A DNA stretch of 64,000 nucleotides from Trichosphaerium sp. ATCC 40318 (lineage: Eukaryota; Protista; Tubulinea), in NCBI GenBank assembly GCA_038496445.1, contig JALMLS010000420.1, positions 186,001 through 250,000 of the forward strand, written 5' to 3'. The number at the start of each line of letters is the position of its first letter. Within the stretch, counting starts at the first letter, position 1. Positions 52,984 through 64,000 of this stretch are shown here, piece after piece. The notes beneath the pieces were generated by a model. It did not search any database. It had not been told where the DNA came from and saw nothing but the letters and a program-made list of their open reading frames with translations. Made by a program: the position numbers and the translations under genes.

Positions 52984-55293
52984 CATAAAAGAAGAAATAA
53001 CTAACTTATTGTGCAGTTTCTGTTGCTTTCAGCGACCTATCAGATCCCGTACTGTATGCACGTATTCAAGGGGACACTTCAGGCGGTTTTGGAAGCCCAT
53101 TTTTGGCCAGCAACGACTTTGGTATGTCATGTTTTTATTGTGAACATTTGCTGACTTAAATCAGATTACATTACAATCTCGTCACCGTTGTTAGACAAGC
53201 AAGGAATAGAAAACTTCGGAGGTATTTACAAAATACCCACAAGTTTTCAAGGTAAACAACTATTTATAAATCTACGTAATTTATTATTAGGTGAACAATT
53301 AATTGAAGACATACAACACGACCTCATTCAAGACATTCCAGCCGAGTCACTCAATAATGCTGTTCTTGGAACTAATGTACTTTATCGAGAGTGTTTTACC
53401 ACTAACCTCAATCAAGATTGGCCTTTCTATTGTTGGAGGAGTGGAGCACACTATGACCACAATAGCAAATGGAAACAAGGTGCATCTTACTTTTTTGTCA
53501 TATCATTTACTAATCCTTGTGTAGATTTTTGTGTATTCTAATTCAACAGCTCAACCAGCAACTCTGATCATGGGCGAGTTTTGTAACAAGTTCATGACCG
53601 CTCAGTATGCACATGATGGAAATGTTGGGGTTGTCGCAGAATGCATAAACGCAGTTATTTCGTTTGTTGTGACTCCAGCTATGCATGTTCAAGGGGTATC
53701 AACAGATTTAAACTCCAATTCTTTTGCTCGTTTTCAACATATCGTTGGTGGTTTGCAACTGTTGGGGTACTACTGTACGGTACAAAATGTACACCGCCTG
53801 ATACTAAATGCATTGTAGATACAACCAATGAAATATATCCCATGTTTTTCACACGTGACAATCAATCTACCTTCATATTTATCGCTACCGACAAAACAAA
53901 GCAAGTAGTACGGATCACCGACTTTCAAGGACCTCATGGGTTCACAATAGAATTGAACTTTAATGTTACATCAGCTACACAAGTTGGACACAACGAGAGC
54001 ACTATTGTTCTTATGGTTTCTGACAATAATCGTAAGTTTTTAGTTTGTTTGTAATATTATGGTCTTCTTAAACACTTTTTTAGAGACATTAAGGCTGATG
54101 TCAATAGCAATTAATGATTCTAATGCAACTGAATTGTTTGAGATACACAATGATGTGTGTACACAAGGACAGGTCTTTATGACATCAGGGAACTTGGACA
54201 GAGATGATATTATTGATTATGGCTTCGGTTGTCCTGGCAATAATCTATTTGGTTGGATAAGTGGAACACAGCTTGACAGCATTGAACAAGGTTCAAAATT
54301 AATCATGTCCGAGATCAGTAATCATGTGACGCTTGGACTCACAACAATCACTGGTGTACAATGTCAGGATTCAAACAGTGACGGTGTTGATGAACTTGTT
54401 GTTGGATCAGTTCCATATATTTCATGGTACAACATGGGTACAATGCAATACTGTTTGAATACAATCACTAACTTTGCGTTTTAGCAACACTCAAACAACC
54501 AATGTATCAAATTGATTCATTCAAATCAAACAATTTGACATCTGTCACAGCTGATTTTGATACACGTCAAACAAGAATCTTGGTTGTCACAATTGATACT
54601 TTAGAGTATGTCTAAAGTGGTTACCTGACCTACCCTATCTGACTGTGTTCACTTATTTGCAAACTAGGGATCAAGATATTCAACTCAATGACATCACAGT
54701 AAATGGTGATAACGTCACATATACCAATACATCTCAACAGACCAATGGATCAATGTTATTGACAGTGGAGTACAAACGTAATACCACTGATAGTGAAGAA
54801 AATGTAAATATCATGTTGAGTATGACTGAATACCCTTTCGTTGATGTTTCATTTAACGTGAGTCATACAATCAACATTTCATCAAGTGCGTACTTTGTAA
54901 AACAAGAACATTGGAACTCTCGTAAATACTGACATTATCTAAACAGATTGTGGAAATGGTGTATTCGACTCAAACACTGAAGAGTGTGACAATACAATTG
55001 GATGTGGCGATGAATGTCTGTGTTTCACATCACACTTGGGTAATGGATCTTGTGTACCTCCTCCAACAATGATACCGACAACAGATGCACCCACTACTTC
55101 TCACCCAACAACAGATGTACCAACTACTTCTCAACCGACAACAACATCACCAACATCAATAGTATCAACCACAGCGTCACCAAGTACAACCCCACCAATT
55201 ACAATATCAAGGATTACAAGCAACTCGCCAAGGTGGCTTACATCGCATTTATCACTATTGACGCTTGTCATTTATTATTGTGTATTTATGTAA
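52860..55293 (+). CDS. FG-GAP-like surface protein, short form, gene E
   Basis: GFGSPFLASNDFG, GNLDRDDIIDYGFGC, DSNSDGVDELVVG and DCGNGVFDSNTEEC, then stalk and hydrophobic tail. The start is uncertain; a clear exon begins at 53017. Confidence 0.78.
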
Positions 55294-55389
55294 AGACATC
55301 CAAGTAAATAAATGCCCATCAAACGTTTCATAAAACGGTGTACTTGTGAGTCTCAAAAATAAGTAAAACAGTATGTGCGCGGTAAACTG

Positions 55390-56399
55390 GCTTTACGAAA
55401 ACTTTTTTGCATTTGTCGACTTTTTTGTCTTCACTGGTACGTGGCCATTGGTGACAATACAAGTAGTCACCAGGAATTGCATTATGTGCATTTAAACAAT
55501 TAGAAGAAGGAACTTTCAAATTCTCTACTTTTTTTCCCCACGTGTTGAAACTGCTCATTGTATAAGTGTGAAATGAAAACGTAAACTCAGGGTTTTTAAT
55601 TAGTGATGTTATATAAGGAAGTCTGGCTTACAACTACTCCAAAGATCATTAACCAACCCATTCCTCAGTTGTTGCCCAAAGACAGTACAAGTGTATTTAA
55701 TGTACTGGTAAGTGGCTAAAATGAAGCTAGAATAGCTACATTGCACTCTTCTCTCCATGTCTACTACATTACCAGCAGAAAACAAACATGCGCCTTGATT
55801 GTTCTCGCTTGGGAGGTGAACCTGCACTTTCACTCATTTGTAAGAAAATACTGTGATTTTCGATTAAAAAACGAGTTCGACTTGAACCTATTATTTTTAT
55901 TGCAAAGACCGTTTAAAAGGCCGTTTTGGAAACATCTCTACGTTTTTTTTAAGTCGTTTTTTCATTCAAATCTCATCACAGTTGGCAGTTTATCATGATT
56001 AGCTATTTCACTCTATTTTGCTTCCTCACTTTACGTGTGTTTCTGGTAATTTATGTACCACATCAATCTCTAAAGTTATTGGAATTGACGCGGATCAGCA
56101 CCAAAAAATTTATCGATAATTCCAATTTTGAGTTCGTCATTAATACTCATAAGCAAAACCTTTTTCATCCCTCATACTTGTTACGATGGGTACTTTAGAC
56201 ATGTTTTGGTTTGTTAACAAGAAGTACATGCCCTCAGTGACAAACAATACCGAGCTGAAAATTGGGATTGGGTCAATTCTAGTGTCAGGTTTTCGCCAAG
56301 CTTGCGGAACGCATACAATATGCCAGTGTTTGAGGATTGGCATAAGACGGGTTTGGGAGCCAAGTACTCGTAGGCAATGGCGGCACCACGGCTTTTCAT
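55390..56399 (-). other. Possible hypothetical gene or gene remnant
   Basis: Short exon-like frames (MKSRGAAIAYEYL..., VQVHLPSENNQGAC...) with no recognisable motif. Confidence 0.25.
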
Positions 56400-56628
56400 G
56401 ATTGAATTTTATACAGTTCTATTCGTTCATCACTTATTGCCCAAAATATCACTCAAAAGTCGACTTGGTAGCGATTCTTTAATGTTTTTAAGGTAATATG
56501 GTCTCCACCCTCAAAAACAATAAAACTATTATGACTGGAGGATGTTTGACTTGCAAATAATTTCGGCCAGGTTTTTCGACACTTACTTGCTTTGGAATGT
56601 ACTCAAGTAGAAGAATACTACTTAATTA

Positions 56629-59180
56629 ATGACAAATTTACGTGAGCGTAGGGGTTTTTGTGTACGCACACTTTTTTGTTATTTGCCTTTGTTGGTCGTG
56701 TACAACCGGTACGTACTGGTTAATCTACGCATGTACTAAGCTCAACAAGGATTAACGGTAGATATTCGGGACGTTGATGGCTACAAAGTTACAACTCTCA
56801 TTGCAGGGCCAAAAGACCATCAATTTGGAACCACTATTGAGGTTTTGCGCAACAACAGTGACGGTAACATGTTTTTGTTATTTTTTCAAAAACTAAGCGC
56901 TAATAGTACACGTTGTTGTGGGAGCGTCAAATTTTGAACCTGACTTCGGGTTCGGGCGTATACACTACGTAAAGACAGGATCTGATGTTTTTTGTTTTGG
57001 CACGAAACTTTTGTACTTTCAATACGCTTACCTTCTGGTAGGCAAACCTAGTGTCAATGTGCTTGATCTCACCGATGGCAATGCAATAATCGTTGAGTCG
57101 CTATCAAGTCGGGATACTCTTTTAAATGATATGTTAGGAAAGGTACAGTAAGGCTGTTCGCTATTTAATAAACAAGTACTAGCTAGTTGCAACATCTGAT
57201 ATGACAGGAGATGGTATTGATGACCTTATAATTGGCATACTTGGCCCAGTGCGTTGCGTTTACTAACATCCTTCCGTAACACAAAAAGGTATACGTTACT
57301 ATAAGCAATGCACCTAGATTGGATAATGGAAGGCAGGCACAAAATTTCGTTATTGACGCTATTACAACTGGTTTGGGAGCGTTGAATATGCTTTCGGTAG
57401 CCGGTGGTGACGGTGACGGCGATGGTATTGGCGATGTTGCATTCTCATTAACTGCCGCGACAAACGGTAACAATTCTGTTGTCTTTTTGCGCGGAAGTAC
57501 AGAGTATGTTGTGCCAGGTGCAACGTACAGAGTTCCTGATAATACAACACCTGGATTTCGTACATCTGTACACCTCAAATACATGCCGGAGAATTTTGGC
57601 GAAGTTCTATCATTTATTGGTAAACAAGCGCATTTTTAGTTTAGTAATCTCTAATAGGTTCGATCAGCGGTTTTAAAGAAGAGGGGAAGCCCAATCCAGG
57701 GTCTTCGCTTGCAATGAGTGACTTAGCTGCGGAAAGTAGTACGGGCTGTGTGTGGATATTAATTTCCTACGAAGAATCATTTGTTAATGCAGCTGCTTTG
57801 GCAACAGGCCAAAGCCAAATTGGTTTTATTTTGTGTGGCGAAAATGAGGGAGATGAATTCGGTAGTTCAATTAATGGGTTAACAGATATAACTGGCGATA
57901 ACTTGGCAGAGTTTGCTATTGGCACAGCTCAAGGTACAAAGAATAAGCGATTCTAACTATTAATCGCACATGTTGTAGGCACGATCTATCTGTTTCGGGG
58001 TAAAACAGGATACCTTGAGGTTGAAGAGCCGTACAATCTTACTACTTTGATCGAAGACGGAGATGGAGGAATAATAACAAATGATATTACTAATTCTAGT
58101 CAGTTCATCGAAGTATGTGACTTCAACGGAGATGGAGTAATGGATTTGATTTTGACTGATAAAGATAGTGGTAATACTATAGTATTACAAAATGTCAGCA
58201 GACTTCTTGATCGTCATAGCTTTTTATCAAATTTCACAAATGATGATACAGTATTCATCAACGGAAATATAACAAACCCAACTTTAAAATGCGTAGATGT
58301 GCATGGAGATGGGTTTGATGACATATTAATAGGTGCTCCTGATGAAGCCAAGGTATATATTATAAACGGTAGTCCAAGTACGTAGTTTTCTTTGTGTTTT
58401 TGAATTGTTTTGGTTTTTTTTTTTTGGTTTTTTTTTTCTGACTTTTTTTTTCTCAAGTTGAACCGTCTATCATCACCTCGGTTTTGTCAACAACATACCG
58501 AACGAATGAATTCGCATCTGAACAAACTCTGTTTGATTTAAAACAAAGCGTATATGCTACAGTTACCTTTGAAACCCCAAGGCACGTGACGCTTTTAAAA
58601 GTTGTTTTTAGACTTGTTAACAGTTTTGTTTAGTCCAAGCAATTTACGCATCAACATGACCAGTAACAATACTATCGAGATATTACAACAAGCCAATGAA
58701 TCAAACCAATTTGAAATGCGCCTAAAATTAGATTTAGTTGGTCCATTAAACGGTGAACACACTGTTACCTTAGAGTTTCTCATTGACTTTTTTATTGACT
58801 CAACAACACCTCCATATATTATAAATGTCTCCTTACCATTGAATGTTACCAACGGTACGTATTTAGAGAGCCAATAAAACCGGAAGAAATACTAACATTA
58901 GCACTCTGTAGATTGTGGTAACAATATCCACGATGACTTAACTGAGGAATGTGATGGTTCAGACTTTTGTGGTCCAGATTGTTTATGTGATACAGAATCA
59001 ATTCTTATTGATGGAGTTTGTGCTTTTGTTCCAACCAGCTCACCAACTGGTCTGCCAACAGAAACTGAACTAGCACCATCACTTTTGTTTCCCTCACAAA
59101 GCGACGCTTTCACCAACACTGTGTTTACCATAGTAGCCTTTGTGTGTACCGTATTCCACTTGGGAATGTACGAGATATGA
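56629..59180 (+). CDS. FG-GAP/integrin-alpha-like surface protein, long form, gene F (paralog of A)
   Basis: VAGGDGDGDGIGDVA, DITGDNLAEFAIG and DVHGDGFDDILIGAP. The 3' half is nearly identical to A and the 5' half is diverged. The start is uncertain. Confidence 0.8.
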
Positions 59181-59434
59181 GGTACAAACCTAGCTCAATC
59201 AAAAAAAAGAGAATGAGGATGAAACATCCTCAATAATGAGGGAATGATTTCATTACCCTCCAGTAAATAAACACTTCTTTATATTCAAAACAACACAGAT
59301 TCGAAATTTGTTAGGTTTTTGTACGTCTCCTCAAAAGGACAGATTCGCAACTTATTTGTACAATAATCTTTTATTTTTATGAACTATACGTTTAGCTCAG
59401 TCACAGTCTTGCCCTTAGCCTCTCCTTGGATACT
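57903..59434. repeat. Right arm of the inverted duplication (pairs with 44214-45745)
   Basis: Extends through the 3' flank and the last about 10 codons of the GNAT gene. Confidence 0.95.
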
Positions 59435-59464
59435 TGCTTCAAACAAAAAAAGATCAACACGCGT

Positions 59465-59920
59465 TTTAGCTCAACTTGTTGTTTTTAGGAAGATATTGAT
59501 CGTAAGAAGAGTGACTTACTGGATATTTTGATATCAATAAAGAAGGAAGGAAGATACCTAACTCCAAAGGAAGTGCTTGATGAATGTTTCACATTGTACT
59601 TTTTTGCTATCAGTTGCCTACTTACAAAAACTACAGCTTAGGCGACGGTGGGACAACTTCAAACGTATTGTCTTATACCAAGGGGTATGAGATCCTAAAC
59701 GTTTAAAAGCGGACTTAACACCCATTTAGTCAGTAGTTATGATGTCTCTCTTTATGTCTCATTTTAACCCTAAAGTATACCCTGAACCATATAAATATAA
59801 ACCATCTCGTTTCTCACAAGAAAACGCAAAGAATATACCACTACATGGGTAAGAAACTTAAAAATTTCATTTTTCAACCAGTACATGTGATTGAAACAAT
59901 TCTTGTTTTTTTCTAATTGC
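59465..59920 (+). pseudogene. Truncated, internally deleted copy of the P450 at 41278-43302
   Basis: Matches the reverse complement of about 42194-41500 (EDIDRKKSDLLDIL..., VVMMSLFMSHFNPKVYPEP). It lacks the ExxR exon and both termini. Confidence 0.9.
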
Positions 59921-60109
59921 TCATCGGTACTTGTGAGTCTCTTAAATAAATAAAACAGTATAATGTGCAAGTGGTAAGCTGTCCCGTTTAGGTCTATATT
60001 ACAAATGAAAAAACATAGTATAGGATGTACTATGATCACAGCATAGTTGCTCTAGTTTATTTATACAACACGGGTTTCTACAATGTTGGAAACTACCTTA
60101 CTAGCATGT

Positions 60110-62376
60110 TTATACTATGATGCAGTAAATCAAAAGCATCAGTAATAAGACGAATACTGTACATTTTGACGATGTGCTTGTTATTGCTGATATTGTAATT
60201 GGTGGAGTTGTACTTGGTGAAGCTGTAGTTGATACTACTATTGATGTTGGTGATGTTGTTGTTGTTTGAGAAGTAGTGGGTGCATTTGTTGTTGGTTGAG
60301 AAGTAGTTGGTGTTTCTGTTGTCGGTATCATTGTTGGAGGAGGTACACAAGATCCATTACCCAAGTATGATGTGAAACACAGACATTCATCACCACATCC
60401 AATTGTATTATCACACTCTTCAGTGTTTGAGTCGAATACACCATTTCCACAATCTGTTTAGACAATGTCAGTATTTACGAGCGTTTCAATGTTCTTGTTT
60501 TACAAAGTACATACTTGATGAAATGTTCAGTGTTTGATTGGCAACAACCAAAACTGAAACGAATGGGTACTGACTAAATTCCATAAAAATGTCTACATTC
60601 TCTTCGCTTTCGTTGGTGTTCCGTGTGTACTCCACTGTTAGCACTATAGATCCATTCTGTCTTCGAGACGTGTTGCTATACGTTACTGGATTGTTATTAA
60701 CAGTCACATTAGCAATATCAACGTTTTGTTTGCTGTTAATATAAAAGTGAGTATCCTGGTGTAGCATATAAAAAAAAAAATTGCCGTACGATTTCGCCTC
60801 TACCACAACGCTCAATACTCTTCTTTGAAGAGTATCAAACACATCAAAAGAAGATTCAGGATTCCAGGTGAGTACATCCACGTGATATATCGGAGTTTTT
60901 AGGATACCTGAGGTACAATGGATTAGTGTAAGATAGAAAGTATTGTGTTGTACTTGTTTCATAGGTTAGGATACTTGAACCAGCACCAAGTAAAATCTCA
61001 TCGAGGTTGTTCTCATTAAGATCACAGCTTTGAATACTTGTGATATTTCCAGGAGCATGTGACACTTGCTTTGCGATTTCAGACATATTCATCTGGAAAC
61101 CGGAATCCGCGATATCACGCCCGCTTAGCCATCCATATTTGGTGTGATTGATACAAGCAAAAGCATAGTCGAGTGTACCATCTTTATCATAGTGACCTGA
61201 TATAATACCCACGTGGTATGGACAAAAGTCATTATTTATACTAAATGATCCTTGTTGGGAGTTCGACCCATTGATTGATACGGCCAGGTGCATAACATTT
61301 CCTAAATCAGGCGTTAGATGAGCTAACGTAGACGAAAACAGTACCCTCGCTGTCAATAACCATTAAAAATATTGTGTCGTTATTGCGGTCAACTTGTACT
61401 GCTGATACCACAGTAGCGTTTATCACTATTATAAACTGAAAGTCGAGATCGCGTATAATACTCTTCGTCTTGTCTGGGAAGAAGTGCAGGGTGGTAGATT
61501 GATTAAAATCCGAGAAACTAAAATATGCAGAATATATTTCATTGTTCGTTCCTACAACGCTTTTAGCAACTGTCGTTGCAGTAACTTAACTGTAGACATA
61601 CTGAAGTAGCCCAATGGTTGTAAATCATCAATGATTTCTTGAAATCTAGCAGATGGGTTGTCTTTTATGAACGTAGATACTCCTCCAGCATGCATTTCTG
61701 GAGTTACAACAAATGCAAAAACTTTGTCTAAGCATTCTACAACAACCCCAACGTTTCTATCAGGAGCAGACTGAGCAATCATAAACTCTCCACAGAACTC
61801 GTTAGCCAAGATTAATCTGGCAGCTTCAGCTGGTGAAGAAGCAGGAAACACATTGATCTACACGTGAATGTTAAATAGGATAAAGATAAAAAGTAGGAGG
61901 TACCTCATTTCGCTCTGGTATGCTTGTATAAATGTACTCAACCCCTCCGATATTAGAACGCCCAAGCTTGACAACTGTTAGTGACAAAACAGGGTACACA
62001 ATTTAGTACATAAGTTCCAAAACCAGCGTCTGTATATGGTATTATTGGAGTGTTTTGGATCACCAAACCAGGAATGTCTTCCAGTAATTGACTGCCTAAC
62101 AAACGCATTACGAAAAGAACTATGCAAGCTTCTTATTACCTTGAATGGTTTTAAGGATACTTTTAACCCCTCCGAACCTGGTAGCACCTGGCTTGTCCAA
62201 TGACACCAACCCGAAATTTATAAGTTCTACACCAGAGCATAAGTTTCAGTCAATAAAAAAAAACCTTGTCGTACCGAATTCGTTGGTGGCCAAAAAGGTA
62301 CCAAGTCCATCCTCCAACCGACTTATAATGGTGGAGTGCAGTTTTGGGCTGGCAAGCTCGCTTGATGAGCACGAAA
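60110..62376 (-). CDS. FG-GAP-like surface protein, short form, gene G
   Basis: GLGTFLATNEFG, GHYDKDGTLDYAFAC, DLNENNLDEILLG and DCGNGVFDSNTEEC, then stalk and hydrophobic tail. The first exon and ATG were not resolved. Confidence 0.75.
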
Positions 62377-62419
62377 CTACAATACATCAGAGATTGATTT
62401 TGCTTATCGGAATCCACCT

Positions 62420-62578
62420 AAACGTTTCTGTTTTGTTGCAAAAAAGCCGAAAATGGTGTGAGTTTTCTGTAAACGACAAATGGGTGAAAGTGGCTGCAAG
62501 TGTACTAGGTTTCTTTGTACAGACACCCACAATGACAGGAAACTAAGCCCATTTTTGGGTTTGTTTGACTCTCGCTCA
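62420..62578. repeat. Second copy of the conserved 5' block, upstream of gene G
   Basis: About 90% identical by eye to 52826-52983. Confidence 0.9.
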
Positions 62579-63189
62579 CATCTCTGAAACGCATACAAAT
62601 AGTCACAATCGGCTATTCTACGCACGTAAAGGCCGTACAGAAGTGGAAATGTTTCGGTGGATGTCGACATAAAAGAAGTGTACCTGATAGAGCGTAAATA
62701 CAAATAAAACAAAGATAACAGTATATCTTCGCCATTGTAAGAGTTGCAATGTTTGTTGGATGAGGAGTAATAATGAACAAACTTAATCAAGAAAAACATG
62801 AAATGTTTTGTATTACGAGTTTTACGGAGTTAAGATTGCGTTTTTTAGTGTATATCTTAACATCTAAGTGTGTTTTAGTGTATTTTGAATAATTGTTCTG
62901 ACGTTTTTGCAGTATTTCGGTCTATTTCATCCTAATATTGGACAATCATTCATTATCTCTTGATTCCGTACCAATGATCTTACTTTCGGTAGCGTGTACA
63001 GAAATTGTAACCTCCAAAGTGAGTAAGTGATGAAAAACTTTCTCGTCTTTTTCTAAAAACTCCACAAACCTGTTAAACCAAAACATGCTCAGTTAACGCG
63101 CACATTTTACCGTTTTACTTATTTTTGAGACTCACAAGTACACCGTTTTATGAAACGTTTTTGACGAGCATTTATTTACTTGGATGTCT

Positions 63190-64000
63190 TTACATAAATA
63201 CACAATAATAAGAAATGACAAGCATCAATAGTGATAAAAGTGATACAGTCCACCTTGATGAGTTGCTTGTAATCGTCGATATTGTAATTGGCGGGGTTGT
63301 ATTTGGTGGCGCTGTGGTTGAAACTAATATTGTTGTTGGTGATGTTGTTGTTGGTTGAGAAGTAGTGGGTGCATTTGTAGTCGGTTGAGAAGTAGTGGGT
63401 GCATCTGTTGTCGGTATCATTGTTGGAGGAGGTACACAAGATCCATTACCCAAGTATGATGTGAAACACAGACATTCATTGCCACATCCAATTGTATTGT
63501 CACACTCTTCAGTGTTTGAGTCGAATACACCATTTCCACAATCTGTTTAGATAATGTCAGTATTTACGAGCGTTTCAATGTTCTTGTTTTACAAAGTACG
63601 CACTTGATGAAATATTGATTGTATGACTCACATTAAATGAAACATCAACAAAAGGGTATTCAGTCATGCTCAACATGATATTTACATTTTCTTCACTATC
63701 AGTGGTATTACGTTTGTACTCCACTGTCAATAACATTGATCCATTGGTTCTTTGAGATGTGTTGGTATATGTGACGTTATCACCATTTACTGTAATGTCA
63801 TTGAGTTGAATATCTTGATCCCTAGTTTGCAAATAAGTGAACACAGTCAGATAGGGTAGGTCAGGTAAACGCTTTAGACATACCCTGAAGTATCAATTGT
63901 GACAACCAAGATTCTTGTTTGACATGTATCAAAATCAGTTATGACAGATGTCAAATTGTTTGATTTGAATGAATCAATTTGATACATTGGTTGTTTGAGT
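63190..64000 (-). CDS. FG-GAP-like surface protein gene H, 3' part (near-identical to E, runs off the window)
   Basis: ORF 63575..63844 is almost identical to 54645..54932. The inverted homology covers 54489-55388 versus 63089-64000, including introns and 3' flank. Confidence 0.85.

Noticed and set aside
1-64000. Alternative genetic code to explain the short ORFs
   Set aside because: Conserved genes assemble with ordinary introns and end in TAA, TAG or TGA.
44472-64000. Diversity-generating retroelement or transposase-driven diversification
   Set aside because: No reverse transcriptase, transposase or recombinase was seen, and differences are not visibly adenine-specific.

Overview
This is eukaryotic, AT-rich (about 35% GC), gene-dense DNA with many short (about 40-60 nt) spliceosomal introns, so the ORF track shows only exon fragments. 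The gene content (DIL-domain myosin, TKL kinase, RGLG-type copine, AP-4-like mu subunit, secreted alginate lyase) suggests a free-living amoeboid or phagotrophic protist; this is inference. The first 44 kb holds mostly single-copy genes: an acyltransferase, AP mu, alginate lyase, copine, an intronless F-box/MORN-variant gene resembling giant-virus genes, a type I membrane protein, a carboxylesterase pseudogene, a myosin V/XI-like gene, TMCO1, an atypical myristoylated Rab-like GTPase, an EEP hydrolase, an RTX-repeat secreted protein, a TKL kinase, two P450s and a GNAT. From 44.4 to 64 kb lies an array of at least 7 paralogous FG-GAP (integrin-alpha-like) surface-protein genes (A, C, D, E, F, G, H). 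Their N-terminal regions are highly divergent, while their 3' ends (Cys-rich module, mucin stalk, even introns) are nearly identical within subgroups. The genes form head-to-head pairs and overlapping inverted repeats. This is a candidate recombination-driven variable surface-antigen or recognition system. The palindrome CACGTG is also strongly over-represented. Exon boundaries were assembled by eye, and some start codons are uncertain.
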